Assembly (NCBI GenBank): GCA_053919585.1
Contig: CM132803.1
DNA from: Euprymna scolopes
Taxonomy: Eukaryota
Strand: one strand, 5' to 3'
Length of the DNA stretch: 64,000 nucleotides
A model generated the notes under the pieces. That model worked only from the letters and a program-made list of their open reading frames with translations. It did no database searches and had not been told where the DNA came from. The translations under genes and the position numbers were made by a program. The first letter of the stretch is position 1. Every line of letters starts with the position of its first letter. This document shows, piece by piece, positions 24,185-38,893 of the stretch.

Positions 24185-27100
24185 TGTTCTGTTCCACAGT
24201 TTAGATAAAATAAAAGATAATTGTGACTTAAGAGTTAAGCCCCTTACTTCTTGCTAGGTAGAAAAGAAAAATGACTCAGTGATCCCCCTTTGCGCCCTAG
24301 ACTTATATCCCTTTTGATCTTTTCTCATAGAAAGGTAATATTTAGTTGGACACCGGACAAGTAAACGGTAGTCCTTTAGTAACCGCGTGGAATCAAGGTA
24401 TTCAAATGTGAAGTAATCCCATTGCATCGGCAGAAACAAACGGTATGTCAAACTTATATTAAAACATTTAGGACTATTTCATATTAAGAACATTTATCTG
24501 ACCCTATTTTCGAAGTTTCTTGACATTTTATCTTCGTCGGAATTGTAACATTATTCTTCTTCTTCCATGCGTTTCCTAATCGTTTGTTTTTCTCTCTCTT
24601 CTTCCTTTTCAGTTTTTACTTCTTAAATAAATATACCTGTTGATACTAAAATGACTATCTTCAGAGTTCCTTTGTTTTTGAAGTCAGTTGGCTTGCTGTA
24701 ACGAGTTTTTCTACAGGTTGTTCCAGTACAGTAAAAACGTTTGTCTCCATTGCTGACGAGAAAGACAACAGTCCATAACAGGAAACCCATGCACCGGAAT
24801 ACTAACCCATACTGCCCAAAGAATTTCATATTTATAAAATGGCTGATAACTGACTCTTACAGGACGAGGTCGAGGGCTTCACGCTCCACAAAATCGTCTA
24901 GCAGGTCCTCTGCAGCAGCCGCAGCACGTGGTAAAGCTGAAGCTGCAAAGGCTCGTCTCAAGTTCGCAGATGAAGAAACTAAATTAAGGTTAGAGAAAGC
25001 AAGGTTGGAGGCAGCTATGGACTTGTTATCTTTGAATAAGGAAGCCGTTGCTGCTGAGGCTGAAGTCGAAGCACTTGAAACTGCAGAACAACAAAGCACT
25101 TGTAGCCATCCCAAACTGGACCCCACTCCACCTGAACCCATAAAACGCACTCTAGAGTATCTGGCCGATCAAGCAACACGCGGGCTGGAGTAGGTAACGC
25201 CCCAGGAAAACCTTGACGAAGTTAGAAAGGACTCCTCGAAATACCACCCCTCTACACCTCCCTTTATAAACGAGAATGGTTTGTGGCCCACAAACTCCAT
25301 TGTCAGCACTGACCGGCCCTCGCAGGGCGTGGATATCGACGTACGCCCTCATAGGATCAGGAACACCAGTCTGGACACTCACGGACAAAACAAACTCTCA
25401 TCCGCCCTGGAACACCAGACTTATTTTATGCGGTACCTTGCTCGTCGCGAGCTCATCTCTACAGAACTCTTCAAGTTTGACGACAGGCCCGAAAGCTACC
25501 GATCATGGAAATACTCCTTCAAGAATGTTGGTTTATCAGCCAGCCAGGAGATAGATTTGTTGGTAAAGTGGCTCGGCAAAGAGTCTTCAGAACGTGCCCA
25601 AGCCATCAGGGTCGTCCACCCAAACAACCCGGAAAAAGGTTTAAAGACAATATGGACTAGACTCGAAGAGTGTTACAGCTCGCCAGAAATAATTGAGGAA
25701 GTACTCTTCAAACGTGTCGACAACTTCCCCAACATTAATGCTAAGGACCCAGTTAAACTAAGAGAGTTCAGCGATCTCTTGAGTGAACTACAGTCTGCCA
25801 AAAAGGATGGAGACCTTCCCGGACTCATTACGTTAGATACCCACCGAGGTATAAACCCCCTGGTGCAAAAGCTCCCCTTCAGTTTACAGGAGAGGTGGAT
25901 GTTTTGGGGCTCCGAATACAAGGATTGCAACCATGTTCACTTCTTACCCTTCAAAGCATTTGTTGACTTTGTTAGCCACCAGGCTAAGGTTCAAAACGAC
26001 CTGAGTTTCATGGTACTACCTCAAACTAACAAGACAGCTTAAAAGATGAACGATATCAGTGCACAACACTCATCAACCCAGACAAGAGAAACAGAAGGAT
26101 CGAAGACCCCAACCAACAGTGTCCTCTACATAGAGCACCTCATCCTCTCCAGAAGTGTCGTGCTTTCCGTGAGAAGCCCTTAGAAGAACGTCTGGCCTTT
26201 CTAAAGGAGAAGGGAATTTGTTTCAGATGTGGTGAAACAACACGCCACCTTGCGAAAAACTGCAAGACAAGAACTAGGTGCATTGAATGTGATAGTGATC
26301 GGCATATTACAACACTCCACCCTGGACTAAGTCCAAACCCGCCAACGAGTATGGCGGGGAGGAAGACCCAGATCAGACAACAAACTTGACTTCCCAATGC
26401 ACCGAAGTGTGCGGTAGGAACCTCACTGGAAGGTCCTGTTCCAAGATCAGCTTTGTTATGGTCTATCCCAAAGGTCAATGAAATAAGGCCATAAAAGCCT
26501 ATGTCATTATAGACCAGGGGTCACCAAACTACGGCCTGGTGAACTCACGTCGCGGGCCGGATTCGGCCCGCGACGCGAGTTCACCAGGCCTGTCGACGTT
26601 GAACTGACGTCGCTTCCTCGGCTCGTGGTAGCTCCGCCTACGCTCTGACGTCACCATGGTTTCCATCGCTTTAAGACCTTTGTGAGAAGGTTGTTTATCT
26701 TAAAAAAATAGATTTGCCAATGATGTTTTAAAAAAAAAAGATTCTTGCAATTTTTCGACTTATTCATTTATCTCAAAGCTGTGCAAAGTTCAATCAAAAA
26801 AATATTTGAAAATTTTTTTAAAATAATAGAAATATCATTCTTAACTAAATTTCTTAAAAAAGACGTGCCAACATCAAACTGAAGAACTAAGTGGAAAAAA
26901 TTTAGAAATACTATTCACAACAACTTTCGACTTTTTTCCACTGAACCACTACCACCTCGGAATGGTAAATGTAAAACGATGGATATTTATTAATTTTCTC
27001 GCTTTAGTAGTTTGGCTCTTTGTCTACTAAGTGTCAGAGTACAGAGCGATCAAACACAGTACAAGGCCTGCCGACCAGTTTTACCCCCTTCACGGCAGGG

Positions 27101-30100
27101 AGGTAAGGATTTTAAAAATGAGTAAATTTTGACTGTTTTTATATTGTCTTCAAACAAGGTGAAATATCTTAATTTTGTATGATTAAAGTTTCTAGGTGAA
27201 AATAACCAAATGATAATCAAATTAAAATTTTTTGGATAAATAGATATAATATTATAGAATTAATAATAGTACAAATATCTTATACTTATATTTTTTTTAA
27301 TTCTCGCTCAGAGTTTTTCTGTTGGGTCTCGCCTGACGAAAGGATCTTGCGTCATCGCTAATTGTAATTCTAATAATAAAATAAAAATTAAATCTTTGTC
27401 GGATTGTAATTGAGTGAATAAATTCTATATAGCTGTTTTTCGTTGTCTCAAAAAATTTATGGTTAGGGTACTTTTCGCCAAAACTTATAAATAATTTATT
27501 TGGAGCTATTAATATTAAGGAATTTAATTGTGTTTTTTTTAAAGCATATTTTTGATAAATGTTTATTAAAGACATAAAATATAAATTTACTTAAAGTAAA
27601 TTTTGTACCTTCTCTGTTACTGAAAATCGACTAAAGCAAAATAGACTATATTATGATTGTGCATCCTTTTTTGAATCTAAGATAATAATACAAAAATTTT
27701 CTTGAAGTTTTAAACTTTAATGATCACAGTAAAAATTATTTCCCCATATTTTTTTAATTAAAAAAAAAATGTTCAGGCATGATTATTTATTAACTTCATT
27801 GATGAGATGCTTAAAAAAATAAATTCTATGATTTTTCAGATAAAATAATCTTGTTATAGATCTCTTCAAGGTGCACAGGTCAATTTCAATATGTCATGTT
27901 CTGCATTCTATTCCATGGGACTGGTATTCAATGATTTTTGGCAGATATATTAATATTTCTTTTAATCAATTAACAAATTTTAATGTGATTATATAAGTTC
28001 AGAAAATTGTTGAAAAGGGAAACGTTTTGCTCCTGACTCTCATTTTGTTTTCAGCATATTAAAATTTTTATCAACCCTGGCAAAGATTTGTTTTAATTTA
28101 TTATTAGAATTACTTAATTTTTATCTATTTACTGTTATTCAAAAGTCCTTTTAAGGATCAAAAAATTATATTCATAATACTTATATTCAATTTAAAAAAA
28201 AAATGAGGGATTGAATTGATAATTTGACTGTCATTTGGTGATTTATTGGATTACTTTCACCTATATGTCTATATTTATACAAAATTAAGATGTTTCAACT
28301 TGTTTGAAGACAATATAAAAGCAGTCAAAATTGATTCATTTTTAAAATCCTTACCCCCCCTGCCGTAAGGGGTGTAAAACTGGTCGGCAGGCCTTGTACT
28401 GTGTTTGATCGCTCTGTACTCTGACACTTAGTAGACAAAGAACCAAACTACTCAAGCGCCAAAATTAATTCAATTTCTTTTTCATTTTCAGATCCTGTTT
28501 TCTTCACCCTTCATTATGGTTTCTAAGAAAAGAAAAGTGGACGCCGAGTGTCGCGTTTTCAATGAAGAATGGGGAGTAAAGTACTTCTTTGTTGAAACAA
28601 AGGACCAGAAAGCTAGTTGCGTGATATGTAGCGAAAGTGTTGCCGTTTTGAAAGAGTACAATATTCGGCGTCACTATGAAACAAAACATCTATCAACATA
28701 TTCAAAGTTTTCTTTGCATACTCCTGCTTGTCCACGGAGACGAGCACCAAATGAGCGCACAGTTTCTTCGCAATCTTGTGTCATATTGTTCAGCATAACC
28801 CGAGCCACCATTGTGTTTTCCTCACGCACTGTCAGGGCTCTCATGGCTGTTAGAATATCTTCTTGAGATTTTTCTGTCAGGGAGCCGCCAGTAGTGGATG
28901 ACAGTCAACATCCCACGCCTACATCTACCAGGCCACCTCCCACACCGCAGGCTCCAACGCCTTCACCCATGGTACCAAACACACCGAGAAGGAACGTGAC
29001 ACCTGGAGTAAGACAAAACCAACTTTCCCTGGACCAGCATCCGAGACGCTCCAATCGGCCACAACAAGAACCAAAGTGGCTCAGGGATTATGAACATTAC
29101 ATGGGACAGAATAATCCCCGAACCGGAGGGCAGTCTACCCAATACCCAATGATGGTTCACAACCGTTTCTTTATTTTATGTACAAGCAGTACACCTATCA
29201 TCTATTAATATGCTTTGCAAATAACATCATCATATTCACAATCCTTACCAGCAACAAACATTAAATCAGTCATTCAGAACACTGTCAAATAACTCGGGGG
29301 GGGGGGTAGAGGATAGTGCATCACATCATCATAATCTAACCATTAGCACATCTAAAATCAATCCAACAGATAGTTGAATTATTATGTCATACTCATCTCA
29401 CCATAATGTCATTGTATATTTCAGACCTCCATCATTTTGGATTAATAAAGTTGTTGTCCAAAAATAGCATTGACCTGCTTATTTAGTTACGCTCTGAGAA
29501 ATATGAGTCCATGAAACGTGGTTTAGAAACTCAAAGAAACCTCTTCACGAGAAAGTTTGCTGAAAATGAATCTGTCACTTGTACAAGTTACAAAATAGTG
29601 CATAAGATGGCAGACCAAGGAAAACCGTTTACTGATGGCAACTTCATCAAAGCGTGTATGATGGAAGCAGCAAATGACTTGTGTCCTGAGAAAGTCGATT
29701 TGTTTGGAAGTATCAGCCTTTCGACAAGTTCAGTTGTGCGGAGAACAGAAGAACTTGGAGAGAACATAGAGCTACAGATACGTGAGAAAGCTAGGAACTT
29801 CTTGTGGTATTCTCTGGCGCTGGATGAGTCCACTGATCTCTCGAGTACATCACAACTTCGTGTTCATTCGTGGTGTCAATTCGAACTTTCAGATAACAGA
29901 AGAGTTGGCATCCGTTTGCAGCATGCATGGAACAACAACTGGAAAAGACATTTTCATGGAAGTGCAGAAAACTTTGCAAGACTATAACCTTCAGTGGAAT
30001 CAGCTTCGAGGTGTTACAGTTGATGGAGGTAAAAACATGGCTGGAGGGAGGAAGGGTCTGGTGGGGCAGATCAGGACTCAGTTGGAAGATCTTCAAATTC

Positions 30101-33100
30101 CAGGCACTCTGTTCATACACTGCATCATACATCAGCAAGCACTCTGTGGGAAAGACTTAGATATTTCTTGTGTACTGAAACCAGTCGTTTCTGCTGTGAA
30201 CTTCATTCGGGGAAATGCACTCAATCACCGTCCGTTCCAGGCTTTTCTTGAAGAAATTGATTCTGATTTCTGTGACTTGCCTTATTATACAGCAGTGAGA
30301 TGGCTCAGCTGTGGTAAAGTCCTGTTTCGTTTTTACAAGCTCCGAAACGAAATAGATGTTTTTCTCACTGAAAAAGATAGAGCCGATCCACAGCTGTCAG
30401 ATCCTATCTGGCTGTCAAAGTTGTCTTTTTTGGTCGACATCACTTCCCACATGAATGAACTGAACTTGAAACTTCAGGGAAAGGATAACCTCGTCTGTGA
30501 TCTCTACAGAATCATCAAAGGATTTCGGAGAAAGCTGTCATTGTTTGAAGCACAACTGGAAGGAGAAAACTTCTCTCATTTTCACTGTTTCAGAGAGTTT
30601 TGCGCTTCAATCGCTGAAGATGTCAACCTCGATTTTCCAAAAAAGATTATTCGTGACTTGAAGAAGCATTTTTTGGAGAGATTTTCAGATCTCAACAGAA
30701 CTGAGAGTGACATTCTTCTGTTCCAGAATCCGTTTGATTGTAACCTTGATGATGTGCCAGTTGAACTACAGTTGGAGCTCATTGATCTGCAAGCAAATGA
30801 CTTGTTTGAGGAGAAGCGCAGAGAAGGAAAACTTGTTGAATTTTACCGCTGCTTACCTGATCCTGAGTTTCCGAAATAGAAGAAATTTGCTGCTGGTATG
30901 GCATCAGTGTTTGGAACAACTTATGTCTGTGAGCAAACATTTTCAAAAATGAAGTATGTGAAGTCAACACATCGAACGAGATTGACTGATGATCATTTGA
31001 AAGCAATTCTCTTGATTGGATGCAGCAATTCCAAACCAAACATTGATGATATCTTGAAAGCCAAACGTCAGTTTCACAAATCTCACTAAACTTTTTTGCT
31101 ATTTGGGTTGTGAGATTCGGATATGTGCACACTAGGTTTGATGTAATTATCTTTTTGCTTACGTCGCCTCCTTTGAAAACTTTTTAGTAAATAAAATGTT
31201 GGTTGTCTTTGTTTTTTAATTAACATGGAAGCTAAACTTAGTTTTTCGTCTTTTTTCCCAGAGCTTTCGTTCTGGCTTGCAAGTATTGAACAGAATGATT
31301 ATGCGGCCCGCGCTCATCATTCTTTCAGTTATCTGGCCCACTGCGAAAAAAGTTTGGTGACCCCTGTTATAGACGATCAAAGCAACAAGTCGCTGGCCCG
31401 ATCTGACTTTTTTGACATATTCAGCAATGAAAGTCCTTGCTATGCCTATCGCCTAAAAACCTGTGCCGGAGTGCCCGAAGCAACTGGAAGAAGGGCGAAT
31501 GGGTACGAAATAGAATCCATGGATGGACAAGTCTGTTTCTGGCTCCCCACTGATAGAATGTGATGAGATACCCAACTATAGGTGAGAGATCCCTACACCT
31601 GAGATAGCTCGCCATCATCCTCACCTTAGCTGACTAGATTCCAGAGCTCGAACCAAAAGCTCAAATCATGCTGCTTCTCGGACGTGATATTATTAGTCCA
31701 TAAGGTTCGAAGACAGATCAACAGACCCCACAATGCCCCCTATGCGCAGACTTGATCTGGTGTGGGTGATAATAGGCAACATCTGTCTCAGAGGAGTTCA
31801 CGAACCTCCATATGTAGATACATTCTACACTATCACCTTTGAAAAGGGAAGGGCCACAACCTTTGAACCATGCCTCAACACCCTGCTGGTGAAAGAAAAA
31901 CATACCAACAGTCAAAATCACTTTCACCCTGAATACACTATAGATAACCTCGGCCTCACAATATTCCAACAAACGAAAGAGGATAACCATCCAGCGCCTT
32001 CGATCGAAGACATTAACTTCACCGAAATTATGAAACAAGGTGTAAGAAAAGCTCCATTGCCATTCAAATCACGCAGATGCCTCCCGGATAACAAAGCTTG
32101 GGCAGTTAACAGGCTGACATCTCTTAGACGCACACTGCAGAGAAAACCAGAGATGCGAGAACACTTCTTTGTGTTTATGGGGAAAATGTTGGAAAATGGC
32201 CACTTACTTAAAGTAGGTGAAGAAAAATGTTGGAAAATAACCACGCTGAAGTAGCCCCTTCTCTTAAAGTAGGTGAAGAACGATGGTATTTACCAACCTT
32301 CGGCATATATCATCCCAAAAAACCAGGGAAGATCCGGTAGTATTCGATTCAAGTGCTCAGTACAATGGAGTATCATTGAATGACATCCTACTAAGTGGCC
32401 CCGACCTCAACAACCCCCTCATTGGGGTTCTCATCAGATTTCACAGAGAGTTAGTGGCAGTGACTGCCGATATAGAACAAATGTTCTACTGCTTCCTCGT
32501 CGAAACTGAACATAGAAATTTCTCAAGGTTCCTATGGTTTGAAAACAATGACCCCAACAAGAATATCATCGAATACCGAATGAGAGTCCATGTTTTTGGG
32601 AACAGTCCTTCTCCTTCAATGGCGATTTACTGTCTTCGACGAGCAGTGGAAAGCGGACAGCCCAGCTATGATTCAAAGATCAAACACTTCGTCAACTGTG
32701 ACTTCTATGTCAATGACCGTTTGAAATCTGCTCTGATATTATATCTCTAATTCAGAAAACCCAAAACTTGCTCGCTGCCTCTAACTTAAAGCTGCACAAG
32801 GTTACCTCAAATACGAATGAAGTGATCGCCGCCTTTCCTTCTCAAGATCTCTAATTGACCTTCAGGAATTAGACTTAAGCAAAGATGTTCCTCCCACTCA
32901 ATGCAGTCTTGGCCTCAATTGGGATATCAAATTGGATACTTTGTCTTCCGAGTGTCGAATACTGAAAAACCAATGACTAGACGAGGCGTACTGTCGACTC
33001 TGAATAGTCTCTACGACCCGCTAGGATTCGCTGTTCCAGTCACCATACAAGGAAAATTTATCCTACGAAAAATCAACAAAGAGAATGGAGAGTGGGACGC

Positions 33101-35816
33101 TCCTCTAACTAAAGAACTAGCAGAACTCTGGCTCCCGTGGAGAGCGTCCTTAAAGGCTCTCAATGTGGTAATTTCTAGGGTTCTCATAAAATCTTCCCCT
33201 TCTAGTGCAACACAGAGAATTCCATGTATTTTCCGATGCTTCTTCAAAGGCTGTGGCTGCAGTGGTTTACCTCAGAGTCACAAACAGTAATGGAACCAAC
33301 CAAACAGGATTGGTGATGGGGAGAGCGAAGCTCGCACCACAGACCGAACATTTGATTCCTAGACTAGAACTTTGTGCCGCTGTTTTGGCAATCGAACTAG
33401 CTGAACTGGTTACTTTAGAAATCGACCTAAAGATAGATGGCACCACATTTTACACTGACAGTAAAGTGGTTCTCGGCTATATCTATAATGAAACTAGGCG
33501 TTTTTACGTCTATGTAAGTAAGAGTATCGCAAATCCGAAAAACTTCCATTCCTGCTCAGTGGCAATACGTACGAACAGATCTAAACCCTGCCGACTGCGC
33601 GACCAGATCAGTTCCTGCCGTCCACCTCTCAAGTACAACCTGGCTTAGTGGTCCTATCTTCCTCCTAGAACCCATTTTGGAATGCTGTGCAAAAACAAAC
33701 TTCGATCTAGTAGAACCTTCCCTGGATAGCAAGATCGCCCTGAGGTGTCTACTCTAAGTACATCTTCTTCAAATGCCCAATTTAGCACTCACCGTTTCAC
33801 CAGATTCTCAACTTGGAAATCGCTTAACCGTGCCATATCATGTCTGATCCACATCAGTCTCACTTATCAAAAAACTGGTTCTACATTGACATGCGGTCAC
33901 AAAGGATGGCATCTCTGCGAACAGACACGCACCATCACAGAACTCGCCCGATCAAAGAATGCCATCATACGAGCAGTACAGGAAGAAACGTACATCCAAG
34001 AAATCTCAAGCATCAAAAATAATACAGAGATCCAGAAAAACAGTGTGCTCAAAACTTTAGATCCATTTATCGACGAAGATGGCCTCTTACGAGTTGGCAG
34101 TCGGATTAAAAGAGCCAAGCTCGAAGACAATGAAAAGCACCCCATAATCATTCCAGGCAAACATCACATAGCTACCCTACTGATAAGACATCACCATGAG
34201 GAAGTCCGACACCAAGGACGCCTTTTCACCGAACGAGCTATCCACACTGCAGGATACTGGATAATCGGAGGTAAAAGATGCGTAAGCACGATCATCCACC
34301 ATTGCGTCACTTGCAGGAAACTTCGCAGCCCCACTCAAATTCAAAAGATGGCCGACCTTCCCATCGATCGCCTGTCTACATAACCTCCATTCACCAATAT
34401 TGGCCTAGACATATTTGGTCCCTGGTCCATCTCCTCACGCAGAACCTGAGGAGGCTTAGCTTACAGCAAACGATGGGCAGCCATATTCACCTGCATGGCC
34501 ACGAGAGCCATACACATTGAAGTTATTGAATCTCTCGACACTTCCAGCTTTATTAATGCCCTTAGACGTTTCTTTTCTATTTGCGGCCCGGTCAAACACA
34601 TACGTTCCGACCATGGCACTAATCTTGTCAGCGCATGCAAGGAATTGAATATTGCCTCAAATATGACGACTCCCATCAACAAATATTAAGCCAAACAAGG
34701 CTGTATTTGGACTTTCAATCCCCCACACGCTCCACACATGGGTGGCACCCGGGAAAGGATGATAGGTATGGCCAAACGAATTTTAGACTATTTACCTACA
34801 AAAAAGGCATAGAAAATTAACACACGAAGCACTCACCACCTTAATGGCAGAGGTGACTTCTATCATAAATGCCAGACCACTTCTTCTGATATCAACAGAC
34901 CCAGATGATCCTTCCTTGCTAACCCCAGCCATGCTCCTCACCCAGAAGCTCAACCCACATACTGTTGCCACAGGTGAATTCACAAGAGAAAACACCTTTA
35001 AACACCAATGGAAACGTGTTCAGCATTTGGCACAAATCTTTTGGAACAAGTGGCGGAAACAATATCTCTCCTCCCTTCAGACACGTACGAAGTGGGAACC
35101 GAAACAGCTCAATTTTCAACCTGGGAGCATCATACTGCTGAAAGATGCCCAGGTGCAAAGGAACGATTGGCCGAACGGACTCGTCACTAAGGTCTTCCCC
35201 GGTGAAGATGGAAACGTTCGTTTGCAAAGCAGAGGTAAAAATATCTCGACAGAATAGCACAAAATTTCTCCTTAGACTCATCACAGAAATAATTCTATTA
35301 CTATCCCCCGATGAATAAACAAAAAAAAAAGAAAAAAAAAAAAAAGAAAGAAAAAAGAGGTAGTGGCGTACAAACGCCAGACGGGGAGTGTTCTGTTCCA
35401 CAGTTTAGATAAAATAAAAGATAATTGTGACTTAAGAGTTAAGCCCCTTACGTCTTGCTAGGTAGAAAAGAAAAATGACTCAGTGATCCCCCTTTGCGCC
35501 CTAGACTTATATCCCTTTTGATCTTTTCTCATAGAAAGGTAATATTTAGTTGGACACCGGACAAGTAAACGGTAGTCCTTTAGTAACCGCGTGGAATCAA
35601 GGTATTCAAATGTGAAGTAATCCCGTTGCATCGGCAGAAACAAACGGTATGTCAAACTTATATTAAAACATTTAGGACTATTTCATATTAAGAACATTTA
35701 TCTGACCCTATTTTTGAATTTTCTTGACATTTTATCTTCGTCGGAATTGTAACATTATTCTTCTTCTTCCATGCGTTTCCTAATCGTTTGTTTTTCTCTC
35801 TCTTCTTCCTTTTCAG
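24185..35816 (+). mobile_element. BEL/Pao LTR retrotransposon unit 2 (shares LTR 24185-24730; downstream LTR 35389-35816 truncated)
   Basis: Colinear near-identical copy of unit 1; LTR starts spaced 11198 and 11204 bp. Confidence 0.93.
26515..31366 (+). mobile_element. hAT Buster-type transposon, copy 2 (transposase ATG 28516, stop 31089, disrupted)
   Basis: Same TIR and TSD TTATAGAC at the same BEL position; contains foldback 26989-28469 and Gypsy insert 28714-29490. Confidence 0.95.
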
Positions 35817-36418
35817 AATGGTTTGTCAATATCAGCAAAAGAATCTCCACACTCTCATCAAACGGCGACATCTTCAACCAAACAGCCCCATATTACAATG
35901 AAGCGCTCCAAAAAAAGCGGATTCACGGAAAGCATCAAATACCAGCCAACCCAAAATCGGCTAACAAAAGACAAGCACAACAGGGGGCGGAACATCATTT
36001 GGTTCTCACCTCCGTTTTCCCTCAACACAAAAACACGAGTAGGACACCTGTTCCTGAAACTGCTAGACAGAAATTTCCCTGCACAACATAAGCTGAACAA
36101 ACTGTTCAATAGAAACACGGTTAAGGTCAGCTATTCCACCATTCCAATAAAAAAGACCATCACAAAGGAATGCAATGAAAATGAAATTGAGGGCTGTTCT
36201 TGCAGATCCAGGGAAGATTGCCCTTTAGAAGGGAAAATGCAAGGTAAAATCCCTTGTATACGAAGCGACACTCACGCATGAGACCAACCAGAGACATACA
36301 TAGGGATGACGAAAAGGACGTTCAAACAGAGATTTTACATGCACAATAGTTCCTTCAGGGCAAAGACGAGGATAAAGACAGCTTTAGCCAGCCAAGTATG
36401 GCATCTTAAAGACAAAGG
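35817..36418 (+). mobile_element. Penelope-like GIY-YIG fragment, copy 2
   Basis: Near-identical to 5459-6060. Confidence 0.8.
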
Positions 36419-36761
36419 AACTAATAAACTGGGAGGACCCCACCTAAAGGAGTTCTCCAAGACTATTCTAGATGCAGCCAACTTAACGCATAAACTAGTA
36501 AAGTGTAACGGACATATACACATTTGTCAGTATACGTTAAGCATAAATATTAGTATATATGAAGAAGAATAAGACTGCCTGAAATATATTACACAGTTAT
36601 AGAAAAGAATTTAGAATTAAATTACACACCTACCCTCAACTGTTATAATATTTAATACAAAAAAGGTTAAAAGAATAAATAAGATAGTTTAGTTACCCCC
36701 CCTAGACCACTGAAACACGGATTATCTCCCCTTAACTGAAAAAAGGAAGCGAAGTCTTATT

Positions 36762-37662
36762 ATTATCTGGCAAACAGTGAGTCTAGCTCTACGCTCAAGA
36801 AATCTCCATGTTACAAATTGGGAAAGTGTGCTAGATGTAGCCCTCCACAGCATCCGCTCATTGCTTTCCACCTCTACGAACAGCACTCCTCACGAACGTC
36901 TCTTTAATTTCCAAAGGAAATCAGCCACTGGGAATTCTATGCCCACCTGGCTAACAAATGCTAAATCTGTTCTTTTAAAGCGACATGTACGCGGGAGCAA
37001 ATACGAGCCCCTAGTCGAGCCTGTAGACCTACTTGAAGTCAATCCTAGCTATGCTCATATCCGTTTCAATAACGGACGGGAGACGACAGTGTCCCTACGC
37101 CACTTATCTCCATTGGGTGATAGATCGAGCATTCTAGAGGCAGAAATAGATCCCGTGCCGGAGAACCAACAGCTACAGGACGTACCTCAGCAGCCCGATT
37201 CGGACCCCCTGCCACGAATGCACGAAAACTCTCCCCTCAAGAATTCGGTTCCTACTTCTCCCCAATCAGACGATCCACAGAGGAGATCATTGGAGGACAA
37301 TGAGGTGCCGAATCTTCGACGCTTTACTAGAGTTCGTCGAAGCCCCCAATATTTAGCTGAAAACTATCTGCTTTGAACTTTTCTTTTCTCTTTTGCTTTG
37401 TAGCTTAAACAGAAACCCGCTTCTGCAGTTCCTGGTAACTCTAAATCTTAAGATCATCATACGGCCTTGGATTCCTCTGAGTGGCGGAGAATGTGCTGAC
37501 AAAAGAAGAACTCTCTTCTACGCCTTCCGGAAGCGAATTATTTCCCTTTAGTTATTATCCTATGTATGAAATGTAGAACACGTGGACTCGCTTCTCCGTG
37601 TTGTTCTTAGTGAAATAAAGCTAACTTTAAGCTCACTCAGTTCTCCTGTCCTATTTATCACA
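36762..37662 (+). mobile_element. Ty3/Gypsy family 1 3' end + LTR (37492-37662), copy 3
   Basis: ORF 36777-37376; same PPT and LTR as copies 1 and 2. Confidence 0.88.
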
Positions 37663-38893
37663 AATATATATATATATATATATATATTTATAAATAAATA
37701 TATTTATTTATATATATACAGTTGTCCTCAAAATTATTCATACCCCATACAAAAAAAATTTCTTGTTTTGATTATTCATTTCTGAAAGGTATTATGATGG
37801 TACTTCCTTTGTATCTTTTGTCTACTTGTTATTGCACATAAATCCACATGTGAGTTGGCTAAACCTTATTTTCATAATAATAGATAGGGACCAAAGTTAT
37901 GTTTTGCACATGTTCAGATCAATCCTACCCCTGCCAGTACCTAAACAAAAATGTGCTTTTATGATCAACCCCATTCTTTTTACTTCATATTAATGTGCTA
38001 CCCCTTGTAATCTTTGTCTTGTAGTTATTTCAAGATGTTTCAATTGAATGAATACTTTTTGATGTCAATATAAATAGATTAAAAAAGTTTCTTTGTCCAC
38101 AGGTTCTGATCATCATGGGGAAGAAAAAAGAACTTAGCGAAGACCTACGTCAACGTATTGTGCAAGCACACGGTGAGAGAAAGGGTTACAAGGCTATTGC
38201 TAAGCAGTACAATGTTCCTGTGGCCACCGTCCAGAGTATAATTAATAAGTATAAGCGGTTCAACACTGTTAAAAACCTCAGTGGACGTGGCAGGAAGCGT
38301 AAGGTTTCAACCAAACTTGCAAAGAAGATCTGCCGAGAGGTCAGCAAAGATCCCCAAACCACAACCAAGGTCCTACAAAAAGAACTTCACCAGGCAGGGA
38401 CGATGGTTTCAAGGTCCACTATCGAGAGAGTTTTGCACAGAGGGGGTCTCCATGGATGCAGGCCTCGAAAGACACCGCTGCTCAAAAAGAATCATGTGAA
38501 GGCTCGCCTGGCCTTTGCTAAAGGCCATATACAGCAAGATTCCAGCTTCTGGTCAACCATCCTGTGGTCTGATGAGACGAAGTTGGAGTTGTTCGGCCAC
38601 AGAGATACTGCATACGTATGGATGAAGACAGGAGAAGCATACAATCCAAAGAACACAGTGCCAACCGTCAAGCACGGTGGTGGAAACATCATGCTATGGG
38701 GATGCTTCTCTTCCCACGGTACAGGGAACCTCGTCAGGATCCAGGAAATCATGAGAAAGGAGAACTACATCCAGATCCTTGATGAAAACCTGAAGGAATC
38801 TGCAGAGAAGCTCAAACTTGGCGACAACTGGAAGTTCCAGCAAGACAATGACCCAAAGCATACTGCTAAAGTAGTCCAGAAATGGTTCAAGGA

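Larger units (their letters stand above)
12987..24730 (+). mobile_element. BEL/Pao LTR retrotransposon, complete but decayed, unit 1 (LTRs 12987-13532 and 24185-24730)
   Basis: 546-bp TG...CA LTRs; gag (KFDDRPESYRSWK, CPLH..HPLQKC, CFRC..HLAKNC, CIEC..H), protease split by hAT, RT (VVFDSSA, ADIEQMF, HVFGNSPSP), RNase H, integrase, PPT AGACGGGGAG. Confidence 0.93.
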
